Counted from the stretch's first letter, positions 19,879-30,923 are shown. The stretch: 64,000 nt of DNA from Myxococcota bacterium (GCA_036336695.1 JAYZFQ010000128.1:6962-70961); one strand, 5' to 3'. The notes: generated from the sequence alone by a model not told the origin. A program made the numbers and translations.

Positions 19879-20451
19879 TCAAGCCGGTTGGTGCCGCAAG
19901 CCGGGGTCGACGGCGCCCGCCATGGCCCCGGTGTCCAGTCCGGCTCCCAGGAAGGCGTCCAACGCGGTCGCCGCCGCCCGCGGCTCGGCGAGCACGCGGT
20001 CGTAGTCGAGCCACAGCGCGCCGAAGGCCGGTCGCGCCGCGATCCATTGCTCGAGTTCGACGAGCTGGCGCGCATAGATCTCCGCCAGGCGCCCCGGAGC
20101 CGGACCGGGCGGGGCGCGTCCCGCCAGCATCGCCTCCTGGGAAGCCACCACCTCGGCAAGGTCGCGCCGGATCAGCACGACCCGGTAGTCGCAAATCTCC
20201 GGCAGGCTCGGCACGAGCGTGTGGATGACCTTCACCGCGCGTCCGGTCGCCCGGGGCAACCAGTCGGCGCCTTCGGGAAGCGCCTTGACGGGCTCGAACT
20301 CGAAGTAGCCGCGCGGATTGTTCGCATCGGGCCTGCGCATCTCGTCCGTCAACACCGGAAACCCACCGGCAGCAAGCATCTGCATGACGAGGGAGGTTCC
20401 GGACCGGGGCACTCCGGATACCACGACAACGAAATCGCCCGACGCGCCCAT
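19879..20451 (-). CDS. sulfotransferase family protein
   Basis: 190-aa ORF with the PAPS-binding-type loop VSGVPRSGTSL near the N-terminus. Confidence 0.7.
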   Translation of the reverse strand: MGASGDFVVVVSGVPRSGTSLVMQMLAAGGFPVLTDEMRRPDANNPRGYFEFEPVKALPEGADWLPRATGRAVKVIHTLVPSLPEICDYRVVLIRRDLAEVVASQEAMLAGRAPPGPAPGRLAEIYARQLVELEQWIAARPAFGALWLDYDRVLAEPRAAATALDAFLGAGLDTGAMAGAVDPGLRHQPA

Positions 20452-20548
20452 GGTTGGCGAGCTTATCCGATCCGGCTGCGCGGGAGCCGCCCGTTGCCTG
20501 CCGACACCGGGGGGTCACCTCTCCCGGCGCCGAAGCCACTCACGAACG

Positions 20549-20779
20549 ATGACGCAGCACGAAGCGCTCCAGTGGATCCAGGCGGTCGAGGGTCAGCTCT
20601 ACCGCAACAACGAGCACCCGAGCGGCCGCAATGCCTGGGTCGCCGTCGTACGCACGCCGCGCAACGGCGCAGAGCGCGGAAAACTCATCGTCGCCCTGGG
20701 CGGAAGCATGGAGGAGGCGACGACCGCCGCCGCACACCAGTGGCAGACGCTCTGCAGCGATTGCGGCGCGATCCAGTAG
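20549..20779 (+). CDS. hypothetical small protein (76 aa)
   Basis: MTQHEALQWIQAVEG...CSDCGAIQ. Third codon positions are overwhelmingly G/C, as in the neighbouring genes. No clear Shine-Dalgarno sequence and no family recognised. Confidence 0.4.
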   Translation: MTQHEALQWIQAVEGQLYRNNEHPSGRNAWVAVVRTPRNGAERGKLIVALGGSMEEATTAAAHQWQTLCSDCGAIQ

Positions 20780-20798
20780 ACCCCGGTACGCTGGCGCC

Positions 20799-21791
20799 GT
20801 GGCGCGCGCCCTGCCCTCCGGAAAGCTCCCGGCTGCGCTTCTCGCCGAACTCCTGGCGACCCGCGCGCCGGAACCTCCCGAACTGAGACTCGGCCCGCAA
20901 CCGGGAGAAGACGCGTGCGCCATCGACGTCTCCTCGGGCACGCTGGTCGTCGCCGCGGACCCGATCACACTCACCGGCCAGGGCATCGGCAGCCATGCCG
21001 TCGTCATCAACGCGAACGACGTCGCCGTCACGGGGACGCGGCCGCGCTGGTTCCTCGCGACGCTGCTCCTGCCCGAGGGAAGCAGTCCGGAAACGGCGCG
21101 TCAGATTTTCAACGAAATGCACGCAGCGCTCGCCGACTACGGCGCGACGCTGGTCGGCGGACATACGGAAGTGACCCCCGCGGTGCGCCAACCCGTCATC
21201 GCCGGACAGATGCTCGGCCTCGCCGAACCGGGCTGCATCGTGCGGACCGGCGGAGTGCGACCCGGGGACGTCATCGTCCAGGCGGGCCCGGCCCCGGTCG
21301 AAGGCGCCGCTGTGTTCGCCGCGGAGGCGGGCGATCGCCTGGGGACCGTAGATCCCGCGGAACGACGCCGCGCGGAAACCGCGCTCCGGGAACCGGGAAT
21401 TTCCGTCGTCGAACCGGCGCTGCTCGCGACCGAGTGTGGCGCCACGGCCCTCCACGATCCGACCGAGGGCGGCTTGGCGGCGGGTCTCAGCGAACTCGCG
21501 GACGCATCGAACGTGAAGCTGCGCGTCGATGCCGACGCCGTGCTCTGGTACGCCCCGGGACTGGCCCTCTGCGACGCGCTCGGTGCCGACCCCTGGCGCA
21601 CATTGGCCTCCGGTGCGCTGCTGGCCGCGTTTCCCGAAGACACGGCCGCGACCGCCTGCACGAAACTCTCGGATGCAGGCACGCCGGCGCGCCCGATCGG
21701 CCGCGCCGAAGCGGGCAACGGCGTGTTCCTCCTCGACGGATCCGAGGTCACCCCGCCGGAGCGGGACGAAGTGGCACGCCTGCTCGCGTAA
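20799..21791 (+). CDS. AIR synthase-related (PurM/HypE/ThiL superfamily) protein
   Basis: GTG start gives VARALPSGKLPAALLAELL. It also has ADPITLTG and GGHTEV. Confidence 0.78.
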   Translation: MARALPSGKLPAALLAELLATRAPEPPELRLGPQPGEDACAIDVSSGTLVVAADPITLTGQGIGSHAVVINANDVAVTGTRPRWFLATLLLPEGSSPETARQIFNEMHAALADYGATLVGGHTEVTPAVRQPVIAGQMLGLAEPGCIVRTGGVRPGDVIVQAGPAPVEGAAVFAAEAGDRLGTVDPAERRRAETALREPGISVVEPALLATECGATALHDPTEGGLAAGLSELADASNVKLRVDADAVLWYAPGLALCDALGADPWRTLASGALLAAFPEDTAATACTKLSDAGTPARPIGRAEAGNGVFLLDGSEVTPPERDEVARLLA

Positions 21792-21802
21792 CCCCCGACG
21801 TC

Positions 21803-22249
21803 TCAATCCAGGAAGCGCTGCCGTTCCCCCGCGTCCGGCACGCGGCAGACGTCGCGCTTTCCGAAAATCCCGTAACGCAGACGGGCGAAGATGCGGTAGA
21901 AGAAATCCGCCACGGGCAGGGGGAGTGCGCCCAGGAAGCCCGCCCACCACGGCGTCCGCGGCAATTCCCGGCAGATCGCCACCACCGCAGCGGTGCGCAG
22001 CAGGACCCGTTCGCGCCCCGCGTGCACCTCGACATACACGAGGCTGTCGAGCCCCCCAGGAATCTCGGGGTGACGCGCCCGCAAACGACGCGCGGTATCC
22101 CCCTGGAGCGGCGCGAACTGCAGGCGCTCGTCGCGATCGTGCTCGAGGAGCCACTGCACGGCCGTCTCGCAGAAACCGCACACGCCATCGAAGAGGACCA
22201 GTCTCTCGAAATCGGGAGAGACGTCATGCGGAACCCGGACGTCGCTCAT
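21803..22249 (-). CDS. DCC1-like thiol-disulfide oxidoreductase family protein (DUF393)
   Basis: 148 aa with the hallmark FDGVCGFCE. Confidence 0.82.
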   Translation of the reverse strand: MSDVRVPHDVSPDFERLVLFDGVCGFCETAVQWLLEHDRDERLQFAPLQGDTARRLRARHPEIPGGLDSLVYVEVHAGRERVLLRTAAVVAICRELPRTPWWAGFLGALPLPVADFFYRIFARLRYGIFGKRDVCRVPDAGERQRFLD

Positions 22250-22258
22250 GGCCCGAGT

Positions 22259-24952
22259 CTAACGCGACGCGGAGCCTCCGACTGCCGGGTCCTGCCCCGG
22301 GCCGCGCCACGCCAGGAGCGCGGGCAAAAGCACGAGGTTCGCCAGCAGGACGAAGAAGACACCGATCAACAACAACGCGCCGAGGGTTCCGAAACCCACG
22401 TGGTTCGACAGGGCCAGCGTGCCGAAACTCGCCATCGTCGTGAGCGCGCTGAAGAAGACCGCCTGGGCCGTGCTCGTCTCCAGCAGCTCGCGTTCGGGCG
22501 CTTCGGCGTGCCCGACGACTTCCACGGTGACCCGATGCCGATGGACCAGGTGGATGCCGCTGTCGACACCGATGCCCAGCAGCAGGGGAAGCACGATGAT
22601 GTTGGCGAAGTTGAACGGAATGCCGAGCACCGCCGCGCTTCCAGCGGTCAACAGCAGCGCGAGTCCCAGCGGCACGAGGACGAGGGCCATGTCGCCCAGA
22701 CGCCGCCAGAGAGCGAAGAGCAGCAATGCCACGGCCGCCAGCGCCAGCGCGAGTGCCTCCTGAAACGAACGCACGACGGCGCGGCCGAACTCCAGGATGG
22801 TGACCGCGCTGCCGGTGGCTCCCGGCGCAACCTGCTTTACCGTATCGACGAAGCGCGCGTGGACGACGTTGTCGGACAGGTCGACACTCGACAAGACCTC
22901 GACCCGGGCGCGACCGTCGGGGGCGAGCATCCGACTCGACAGCGTCGCCGGCAGCGTCTCGAGAGACACGGGCGAAGGATCCGTGGCGACCCAGAGCGTT
23001 TCGAGTTGTCCGGGAAGCGCGCCGGTCAGGCTCCGCTCGAAGGCGGCGAGTTCCGCGCGCTGGCTCTCCTTTTCCTCGAGCCGCTCCAACCGCGCCAGGA
23101 AGCGGGCCAGGTAACGCGCCGCCCGGCGCGCGCTCTGGGCGCGGACGGGGTCGTTGTCTCCGAGCCAGGGAGCGCGGAGCGAAGTGAGCAGCGCCCGCAG
23201 CGTGGCGATCTGGTTCGCGAGGGGCGCTGCCGCCCGCTCTTCCCGCTGGGCCGGCGGTTCGGGCACGAAGTAACCGAGATCGGCGAGCAGTTCGAGCTTC
23301 TCCTCCTGGCCCTCGGGCACGTAGTCGGCAAGGGTCACCGCCCGCTCCACGACGTCCAGCGCCCGCAGCGACTCCGCGATTTCCTGTGCCGTCGCGATGT
23401 CCTCCGCCATCACGTCGACGGTCCAGGGCGGCGTCTCGCTCTCCGCCAGGAGGGCATTGAACGTCCGGACGGACTCCGTGTCCGGGTCCCGCATTTCCGC
23501 CACGTTGTGGTTGAAGCGCAGCGTGGGGAGCGCAGCCAACGCAGCGAGTCCGAGTGCGAGCGACACCCAGCGCACGCTCCGCGGGTGATGCGCGGCCGCA
23601 GTCACGACGAGCCGCTCGAACCAACGGACTCCGGGCCAGGCGCTCCCCGGCTCGCCGCCCTTCCAGACCGACAACAACGCGGGCAGGACGGTCAAGGTAC
23701 AAAACAGGCTGATCAACATGCCGGTGCCCGCGATCAGACCCAACTCACCCACCGCTTTGTAGTCGGTGGGAATGAAGACGAAGAAGCTCATCGCAGTCGT
23801 CAGCGCGCACAGCACCAGGGACCCGCCGACGTCCCGGGTCGTTTCCGCCAGCGCTTCGCGATGGGCGAGTTCCCGGCGCACGAGCTCGGCGTACCGCATC
23901 GCGAAGTGGATCCCGAAGTCGACGCCCAATCCGATGATCAGGATCGCGAAGCAGATCGAGAGCAAGTTGACGTGGCCCACCGCCAGCGCTGCGAAGCCCG
24001 TGGTCCACGCAAGACTCACCAGCAGCGTGATGAGCACCGCGAGCACCAGGTGCGTCCGGCGCAGCGCCACCCCCAGGACGATCGCGACCAGTACCAGGGA
24101 GCCGCCGATGGCGAGGAACGCCCCGCGAGCCACACCGAGCATTTCCTCGGTATTGAGCGCAACGTTTCCGGTGAGGCGAACCGTGATGCCGTTCTCGGGC
24201 ACGAGGCCGAGTTCTCGCGCGGTCTCGCGAACCGACTGGATCACCTGGTAGCCCGGCAGGATGTGGTCGAAATCGAAGACGGGCTGCAACACCACGACCC
24301 GACGCGCGGTATCGCCCGGGAGCGGGCGGCGCAGGATCATTTCCGTCCACGAAATGGGCCGGGCGTTCCCATCCAGTACGGCCTGGACGGCGCTGGACAG
24401 GGAATCGAAGATGACACTCAGGTCGACGGCAACCTCGGGGTGACTCCGCGACTGTGCGATGCCGTCCTGGAGCATCGAGGCCATGCTCTCCAGGCTGCTG
24501 TCCTGGGCCACGGCTGCCAGCAGCGGCTGCACGCTCGCAAGCTGGTCCGTGAGGTCTTCGACGGACTCGACGTCGAGATACAGCAGCGCGTTGCGCTCGA
24601 AGAACGGGTCGCCTCCCGGCACGTACACGTCCCGGTAGCGCTCGGGTTCCTCTGCGAGCCGGTCGGCCAGGGTCCGAGCCGCATCACGCGCTTCTGCGGC
24701 GGTCTCCGCATCGATCACGACGAGGAGCGCTTCGTCGAGGATCGGAAAGACTTCGGCAAACTCGTGGTAGTGCTTCCAGAACGGCAGGTCGTCGGACAGG
24801 ATCGCGGTGTGGTGCGTATTGACGCCCAGCGTAAGGACCGCGTAGGCGATCACGGCGAGGGTCACCGCCCCGATCGCGGCGAGCACCGCGCCGGCGCGGC
24901 GCTGCACGGCGTCCACCCACGCGACGAGGAAGCGACTCCGGCTGCCTTGCAT
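22259..24952 (-). CDS. MMPL/RND-superfamily exporter (HpnN-like)
   Basis: About 900 aa with two blocks of six predicted transmembrane helices separated by large soluble loops. This is the MMPL-type layout. The alternative GTG start is at 24970. Confidence 0.8.
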   Translation of the reverse strand: MQGSRSRFLVAWVDAVQRRAGAVLAAIGAVTLAVIAYAVLTLGVNTHHTAILSDDLPFWKHYHEFAEVFPILDEALLVVIDAETAAEARDAARTLADRLAEEPERYRDVYVPGGDPFFERNALLYLDVESVEDLTDQLASVQPLLAAVAQDSSLESMASMLQDGIAQSRSHPEVAVDLSVIFDSLSSAVQAVLDGNARPISWTEMILRRPLPGDTARRVVVLQPVFDFDHILPGYQVIQSVRETARELGLVPENGITVRLTGNVALNTEEMLGVARGAFLAIGGSLVLVAIVLGVALRRTHLVLAVLITLLVSLAWTTGFAALAVGHVNLLSICFAILIIGLGVDFGIHFAMRYAELVRRELAHREALAETTRDVGGSLVLCALTTAMSFFVFIPTDYKAVGELGLIAGTGMLISLFCTLTVLPALLSVWKGGEPGSAWPGVRWFERLVVTAAAHHPRSVRWVSLALGLAALAALPTLRFNHNVAEMRDPDTESVRTFNALLAESETPPWTVDVMAEDIATAQEIAESLRALDVVERAVTLADYVPEGQEEKLELLADLGYFVPEPPAQREERAAAPLANQIATLRALLTSLRAPWLGDNDPVRAQSARRAARYLARFLARLERLEEKESQRAELAAFERSLTGALPGQLETLWVATDPSPVSLETLPATLSSRMLAPDGRARVEVLSSVDLSDNVVHARFVDTVKQVAPGATGSAVTILEFGRAVVRSFQEALALALAAVALLLFALWRRLGDMALVLVPLGLALLLTAGSAAVLGIPFNFANIIVLPLLLGIGVDSGIHLVHRHRVTVEVVGHAEAPERELLETSTAQAVFFSALTTMASFGTLALSNHVGFGTLGALLLIGVFFVLLANLVLLPALLAWRGPGQDPAVGGSASR

Positions 24953-25009
24953 GGAAACGGGGTTCCTCACCGGCTACGGCGCGAAGGAATAGCAGATCCG
25001 CGGCACCCT

Positions 25010-25723
25010 TCAGGCGGCCGCGAGCTGCGCGAAGCGACGCAGCAATGCCGGACCTTGCGGACTCTCCTCCACGCCACTTTCGAGGCGTGCGGGGTCGATC
25101 CCCTCCGCGCGCAGGATCTCCCGGCGCGCCACGAGATAGGCCCGCATCACCTCGGCGTCGAACTCCGGGTGGAACTGGACGCCCCAGGCGCGCTCGCCCA
25201 CGGCGAAGGCGTGGTTCGCGTCCAGGTCGCTCTCGGCCAGGCGGCGCGCGCCGGGGGGCAGCGACACGACGGATTCCACGTGGGTCGCCTGGACACGCAG
25301 GGGCGCGTCGAACCCGGCGAGGAGCGGATCGGCCTGGGCCTCCGGGAGGAGCCGCAGCCGAACGGTGCCCATCTCGCGACCGTTCGGGTTGGGCGCCACC
25401 ACGCCCCCGAGCGCCTGGGCGAGGAGTTGGTGCCCATAGCAGACGCCCAGCACCGGCGTGCTGGCCTCCACCGCGGCCCGCAGCCAGGCCCCGGCCGCCT
25501 CGCTCCACGGCGCGCGCGCGCTCACCATCGCGCTTGATCCCGTCACGACGACCCCGGCCGGGCGGTCGGGCGGCGGCGGCGCCTCGCCCGCATGCGCCGC
25601 CACCACCTTTACCCGCTCCCGCGCGACGCCGAGCCCCGCCAGGAACCAGTCTTCGTAGTCTCCCCGGCGCGCGAGGAGTTCGGGCAGTGTCGTCCCGGTC
25701 TTGAGAATGACGAACTCAGTCAC
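25010..25723 (-). CDS. class I glutamine amidotransferase (GATase1) domain protein
   Basis: Catalytic Cys in GVCYGHQLL and His/Glu in VQFHPEFD. The GTG start overlaps the upstream SDR gene by 8 nt. Confidence 0.82.
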   Translation of the reverse strand: MTEFVILKTGTTLPELLARRGDYEDWFLAGLGVARERVKVVAAHAGEAPPPPDRPAGVVVTGSSAMVSARAPWSEAAGAWLRAAVEASTPVLGVCYGHQLLAQALGGVVAPNPNGREMGTVRLRLLPEAQADPLLAGFDAPLRVQATHVESVVSLPPGARRLAESDLDANHAFAVGERAWGVQFHPEFDAEVMRAYLVARREILRAEGIDPARLESGVEESPQGPALLRRFAQLAAA

Positions 25724-26552
25724 GCCCCACCCCGGAGACGGTTCCGGCCGGGCAGACCACAGAGACCTCGAAGCCGCCGTCCGCACTCCGGAGCCAGGCC
25801 CCGGCCGCGAGGGTTCCCCCGTCGACGGGGAGCGTGGCACCCGTGACGAAGCCCGCGAGATCCGAAGCCAGGAAGATCACCGCTCCCGCCACATCGTCCG
25901 GGCTCCCGGGCCGGGGCAGCGGCGTGCGGCCCTCTCCGAGCGGACCGGTTCCCGGGGTGGGGATCATGTCGGGGGCCACGCAGTTGACGCGAATGTGCCG
26001 GTCGGCGAGTTCCAGGGCCAGGCTCTTGGTGAGACTCGCAACGCCCGCCTTCATGGCCGAGTACACCGCGAAACCCGGACCCGCCCGGTGCGCTTCGACC
26101 GACGTCACGTTCACGATCGCGCCGCCACGATCGGGAAACAGGGGCAGGAAGGCCCGGATGCAGTGCGTCACGCTCGTGAAGTTCTCGTGGACCAGCGCCT
26201 CCTGGGCGTTGGGCGACAGGGAGAGAAAATCCGCCTGGAAGGTGCCCCCCGCGTTGTTCACCAACACATCCACACGGCCGAAGACCGGCGCGACTTCGGC
26301 CGCGAAAGCGGCCACGCCCTCTCCGTCCCGCACGTCGAGCTCCCGGGAAACGACACGGCGACCCGTGGCTTCGACAGCCCGCGAAACCGCCGACAGACCC
26401 GCGGCGTCCCGGTCGCACAGGGCCAGGTCCGCGCCGAAGCGCGCGCATCCCTCGGCCACCGCGCGCCCGATTCCCGCGGCGGCGCCCGTCACGACCACCA
26501 CGCGGCCGTCCAGCCTCGCTTGCTCCGGGTCCAATGCCATCGCGCCGTCCAT
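25716..26552 (-). CDS. SDR family oxidoreductase
   Basis: TGAAAGIG, NNAG and YSAMKAG motifs. Confidence 0.9.
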   Translation of the reverse strand: MDGAMALDPEQARLDGRVVVVTGAAAGIGRAVAEGCARFGADLALCDRDAAGLSAVSRAVEATGRRVVSRELDVRDGEGVAAFAAEVAPVFGRVDVLVNNAGGTFQADFLSLSPNAQEALVHENFTSVTHCIRAFLPLFPDRGGAIVNVTSVEAHRAGPGFAVYSAMKAGVASLTKSLALELADRHIRVNCVAPDMIPTPGTGPLGEGRTPLPRPGSPDDVAGAVIFLASDLAGFVTGATLPVDGGTLAAGAWLRSADGGFEVSVVCPAGTVSGVGRD

Positions 26553-26631
26553 TCAATCGCGAAGCGGGTCGCGACACAACCGGTGTAGAATCGGGCGCGG
26601 CCGGATGGGCCCGACGAAAACGGGAGGCGAC

Positions 26632-27570
26632 ATGGCGAGAGCGGCGCGGTTCGGCGTCACGCTTCCCCAGATCAAGCGCAGCTGGTCCGAGGCGAAAGCC
26701 GCTGCCGTCGAGTTCGACCGCCTGGGCTTCGACTCGGTCTGGGTCTGCGATCACCTCTACGGCGTCCCGATGCCGAGCCTCCCCATCCTCGAGGCATGGA
26801 CGCAACTCGCCGCCGTGGGGGCGGTCACGGAACGCGTGGGCCTCGGAACACTCGTGACACCCCCCTTTTTCCGCCATCCGTCGGTCCTGGCCCAGCAGAT
26901 CGCCACCCTGGACCAGATTTCCGGCGGGCGGGCGACGCCCGGCTTCGGTGCGGGCTGGTTCGAACCCGAGTTCACGAGCCTGGGTCTGCCCTTTCCGAAG
27001 CTCCCCGAGCGGCTCGAAGCCCTGGACGAGAGCCTCGCGATCCTGAAATCGCTCTGGACCGAGGAAACCACCACCTTCGAGGGCCGGCACTTCACACTCC
27101 GCGACGCCCGCTGCGAACCCAAGCCGGTTCGCCCGCCTCCGATCCTGGTCGGCGGGGGCGGCGAGCGCGTCCTCATGGGCATCGCGGCGCGTCACGCCGA
27201 CGTTTGGAACAACATGGCCGTCTTCCAGCCCCAGCTCGCCCACAAGGTCGAAGCGCTGCAACGCCGGTGCGACGAAGTCGGGCGGGACTTCGACAGCATC
27301 GAGATCTCCCAGCAGTGCGTGGTGGTGATCGCCGAAGACGAGACGACGGCTCGCGCCCACCTCGAGAAGGCGAAGAAGATCTACGGCGGCCACATGGGCG
27401 CAAGTCTCGAGGAGCACGGGATCTGGGGTGCACCCGAGCAGGTGATCGAGCGCATCGAGCGCCACCGCGCCCTGGGCTGCAGCTTCTTTCCCGTCGAGTT
27501 CTTCGGCCGGGACACCCGCGAACCGGCCCGGATCTTCGCCGAGGCCGTGATGCCCGCCTTCCGCGACTAG
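26632..27570 (+). CDS. LLM-class (luciferase-like) flavin/F420-dependent oxidoreductase
   Basis: MARAARFGVTLPQ..., FDSVWVCDHL, LGTLVTPPFFRHP. GGGAGG Shine-Dalgarno sequence upstream. Confidence 0.88.
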   Translation: MARAARFGVTLPQIKRSWSEAKAAAVEFDRLGFDSVWVCDHLYGVPMPSLPILEAWTQLAAVGAVTERVGLGTLVTPPFFRHPSVLAQQIATLDQISGGRATPGFGAGWFEPEFTSLGLPFPKLPERLEALDESLAILKSLWTEETTTFEGRHFTLRDARCEPKPVRPPPILVGGGGERVLMGIAARHADVWNNMAVFQPQLAHKVEALQRRCDEVGRDFDSIEISQQCVVVIAEDETTARAHLEKAKKIYGGHMGASLEEHGIWGAPEQVIERIERHRALGCSFFPVEFFGRDTREPARIFAEAVMPAFRD

Positions 27571-27585
27571 GCCCGGACGCCCGGG

Positions 27586-28116
27586 CTAACCCGTCGCAAC
27601 CAGGCGGGCAAGCGCTGCGACGTGGGAATCCTCGGCGCCGATCTCGTCCAGCGCTGCCGCCAGGCGCAACACGTATTCCGCGTTCTCGCCCGAGGGTCCC
27701 CGGGAGCCCCGCACCTGGCGGGCGATGGCTTCGAGGGGTGCGGGGCCGAGGTAGTTCGGGTTCGCGGGGCCCGCGATGTAGACGAGCGCCACTCGCGGGG
27801 ATCCCGCCTCGACATGCACCGGGACCTCCCGGCGCTCGAAGCCGCCCTGCTCGCGCCGATCGAGCCCGGCCAGGACCACCCCCCGGTCGCAGGACGCGAC
27901 GCGGTAGGCGACGCCCCAGCAGCGCGTCCCGGGTTCGGCAACGAGGGTCACGACGCGCCCGGGCGCGCCGGGCACGCCGCGGTGGTCGGTCGAGCCCTGC
28001 CAGAAGCGGCGCGCGTAGTCCGCGATCCAGCCGGCCCGCCGCTCCACGTGGGGAAAGTCGGGCCGCCAGACCAGGGAGCCGTAACCGAAAATCCAGAGTT
28101 CACCTGCCGACGGCAT
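27586..28116 (-). CDS. chaC: ChaC-family gamma-glutamylcyclotransferase
   Basis: N-terminus is LWIFGYGSLVWRP, with an RRFWQGSTDHRG motif. Confidence 0.82.
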   Translation of the reverse strand: MPSAGELWIFGYGSLVWRPDFPHVERRAGWIADYARRFWQGSTDHRGVPGAPGRVVTLVAEPGTRCWGVAYRVASCDRGVVLAGLDRREQGGFERREVPVHVEAGSPRVALVYIAGPANPNYLGPAPLEAIARQVRGSRGPSGENAEYVLRLAAALDEIGAEDSHVAALARLVATG

Positions 28117-28139
28117 CGCTTCGGGTAGGATGCCAGACC

Positions 28140-28994
28140 ATGCCGGACCTATCGGGCAAGACCTGTGTCGTCACCGGAGCCACCTCGGGGATCGGCGAAT
28201 CCACCGCCCGGGCACTCGTGGAAATGGGAGCACGCGTGGTGGTCGTGGGGCGCAGCCCGGAACGGGGCGAAGCAACCCTGGCGCGCCTGGCTGCGGCGGG
28301 GGGCACCGGGCGGGCAGAGCTACGCCTCGCCGACCTCGCCTCCCTGGCCGAAGTCCGGCGCCTCGCCGGTGAAATCCTGGAGACTTGTCCGGAACTCCAC
28401 CTGCTCGTCAACAACGCCGGTGTGGTGAACCTCGAGCGCCGGGTCACCGTCGACGGCTTCGAAGAAACCTTCGCCGTCAACCACCTGGCCTATTTCGCGC
28501 TCACGAACCTGCTCCGGGAACGCCTGGTCTCGAGCGCGCCCGCCCGGATCGTGAACGTGGCTTCGGATGCCCACCGTTTCGGCTCCCTGGACCTCGACGA
28601 TCTCCAGAGCGAACACCGCTACCGGTCGATGCGGACCTACGGGCGCTCGAAGTCGGCGAACATCCTTTTCACCGTCGAGCTGGCAGGCCGCCTCGCCGGG
28701 ACCGGCGTCACGGCAAACGCGCTTCACCCCGGCGCCGTCGCGTCGCGGTTGGGCGCACAGAACGGCTGGCTCGGAAGCGTCGTGACGGGCGTGCTGAAAC
28801 CCTTCTTCAAGACGCCGGACCAGGGTGCACGGACCTCGGTCCACGTCGCGACGGCTCCGGAACTGGCAGGGGTTTCCGGAGCCTACTTCGCGAACTGCCG
28901 CGAAAAACAACCCGCCGCCCCGGCCCGAGACCCGCAAACCGCACGCCGCCTCTGGGAAACCAGCGCTCGGATGACGGAAACGGGAGACGGCTGA
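28140..28994 (+). CDS. SDR family oxidoreductase (retinol-dehydrogenase-like)
   Basis: TGATSGIG, NNAG and YGRSKSAN motifs. Confidence 0.9.
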   Translation: MPDLSGKTCVVTGATSGIGESTARALVEMGARVVVVGRSPERGEATLARLAAAGGTGRAELRLADLASLAEVRRLAGEILETCPELHLLVNNAGVVNLERRVTVDGFEETFAVNHLAYFALTNLLRERLVSSAPARIVNVASDAHRFGSLDLDDLQSEHRYRSMRTYGRSKSANILFTVELAGRLAGTGVTANALHPGAVASRLGAQNGWLGSVVTGVLKPFFKTPDQGARTSVHVATAPELAGVSGAYFANCREKQPAAPARDPQTARRLWETSARMTETGDG

Positions 28995-29380
28995 TGGACG
29001 GCTCCGAGGCCACGACCCAGGGCATCCGCGTGGAGGTCGTCACCCAGTACGCACCGGACCACTCACGCCCCGGCGAGCGCTGGTTCTTCCTCTACACGAT
29101 CACCATCACCAACGAGGGCAGCGAAACGGTGCAGTTGATCTCGCGGCACTGGGTCATCACGGACGGGGCGGGCCAGGTGGAGGAAGTGCGCGGGCCGGGC
29201 GTGGTCGGGGAGCAGCCGGTGCTCGAACCCGGCACCGCCTACCAGTACACATCGGGCTGCCCTCTTTCGACGCCCTTCGGCTCGATGGAGGGCAGCTACC
29301 AGATGGTGACCCGCAACGGCGGGCAGTTCGACGCGGAGATTGCCCCCTTCCTGCTGCGGGAGCCGGGAGCCATCCACTAG
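28994..29380 (+). CDS. apaG: ApaG (DUF525) protein
   Basis: 128 aa: GIRVEVVTQYAPDHSRPGERWFFLYTITITNEG...LISRHWVITDG. Its ATG overlaps the SDR stop (TGATG). Confidence 0.88.
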   Translation: MDGSEATTQGIRVEVVTQYAPDHSRPGERWFFLYTITITNEGSETVQLISRHWVITDGAGQVEEVRGPGVVGEQPVLEPGTAYQYTSGCPLSTPFGSMEGSYQMVTRNGGQFDAEIAPFLLREPGAIH

Positions 29381-29465
29381 GCATTGACACCCCGGCTCCA
29401 GCTTGGAACACTTAATCCGCATAAACAGATAAATACTGCGGCCCCCCATGCCGACAGGAGAAACC

Positions 29466-30923
<1,458 letters not shown>

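Noticed and set aside
20915-25537. 1540-aa plus-strand ORF
   Set aside because: It lies out of frame with the AIR-synthase-related gene and antisense to the DCC, MMPL transporter and GATase genes. It has low-complexity Arg/Pro/Gly composition.
29381-29465. Possible SAH riboswitch in front of ahcY
   Set aside because: The leader is only about 85 nt and AT-rich. It lacks the GC-rich pseudoknotted stems and the conserved core that I recall for SAH elements. It is more simply explained as a promoter plus a short 5' UTR. A covariance-model search would settle the question.
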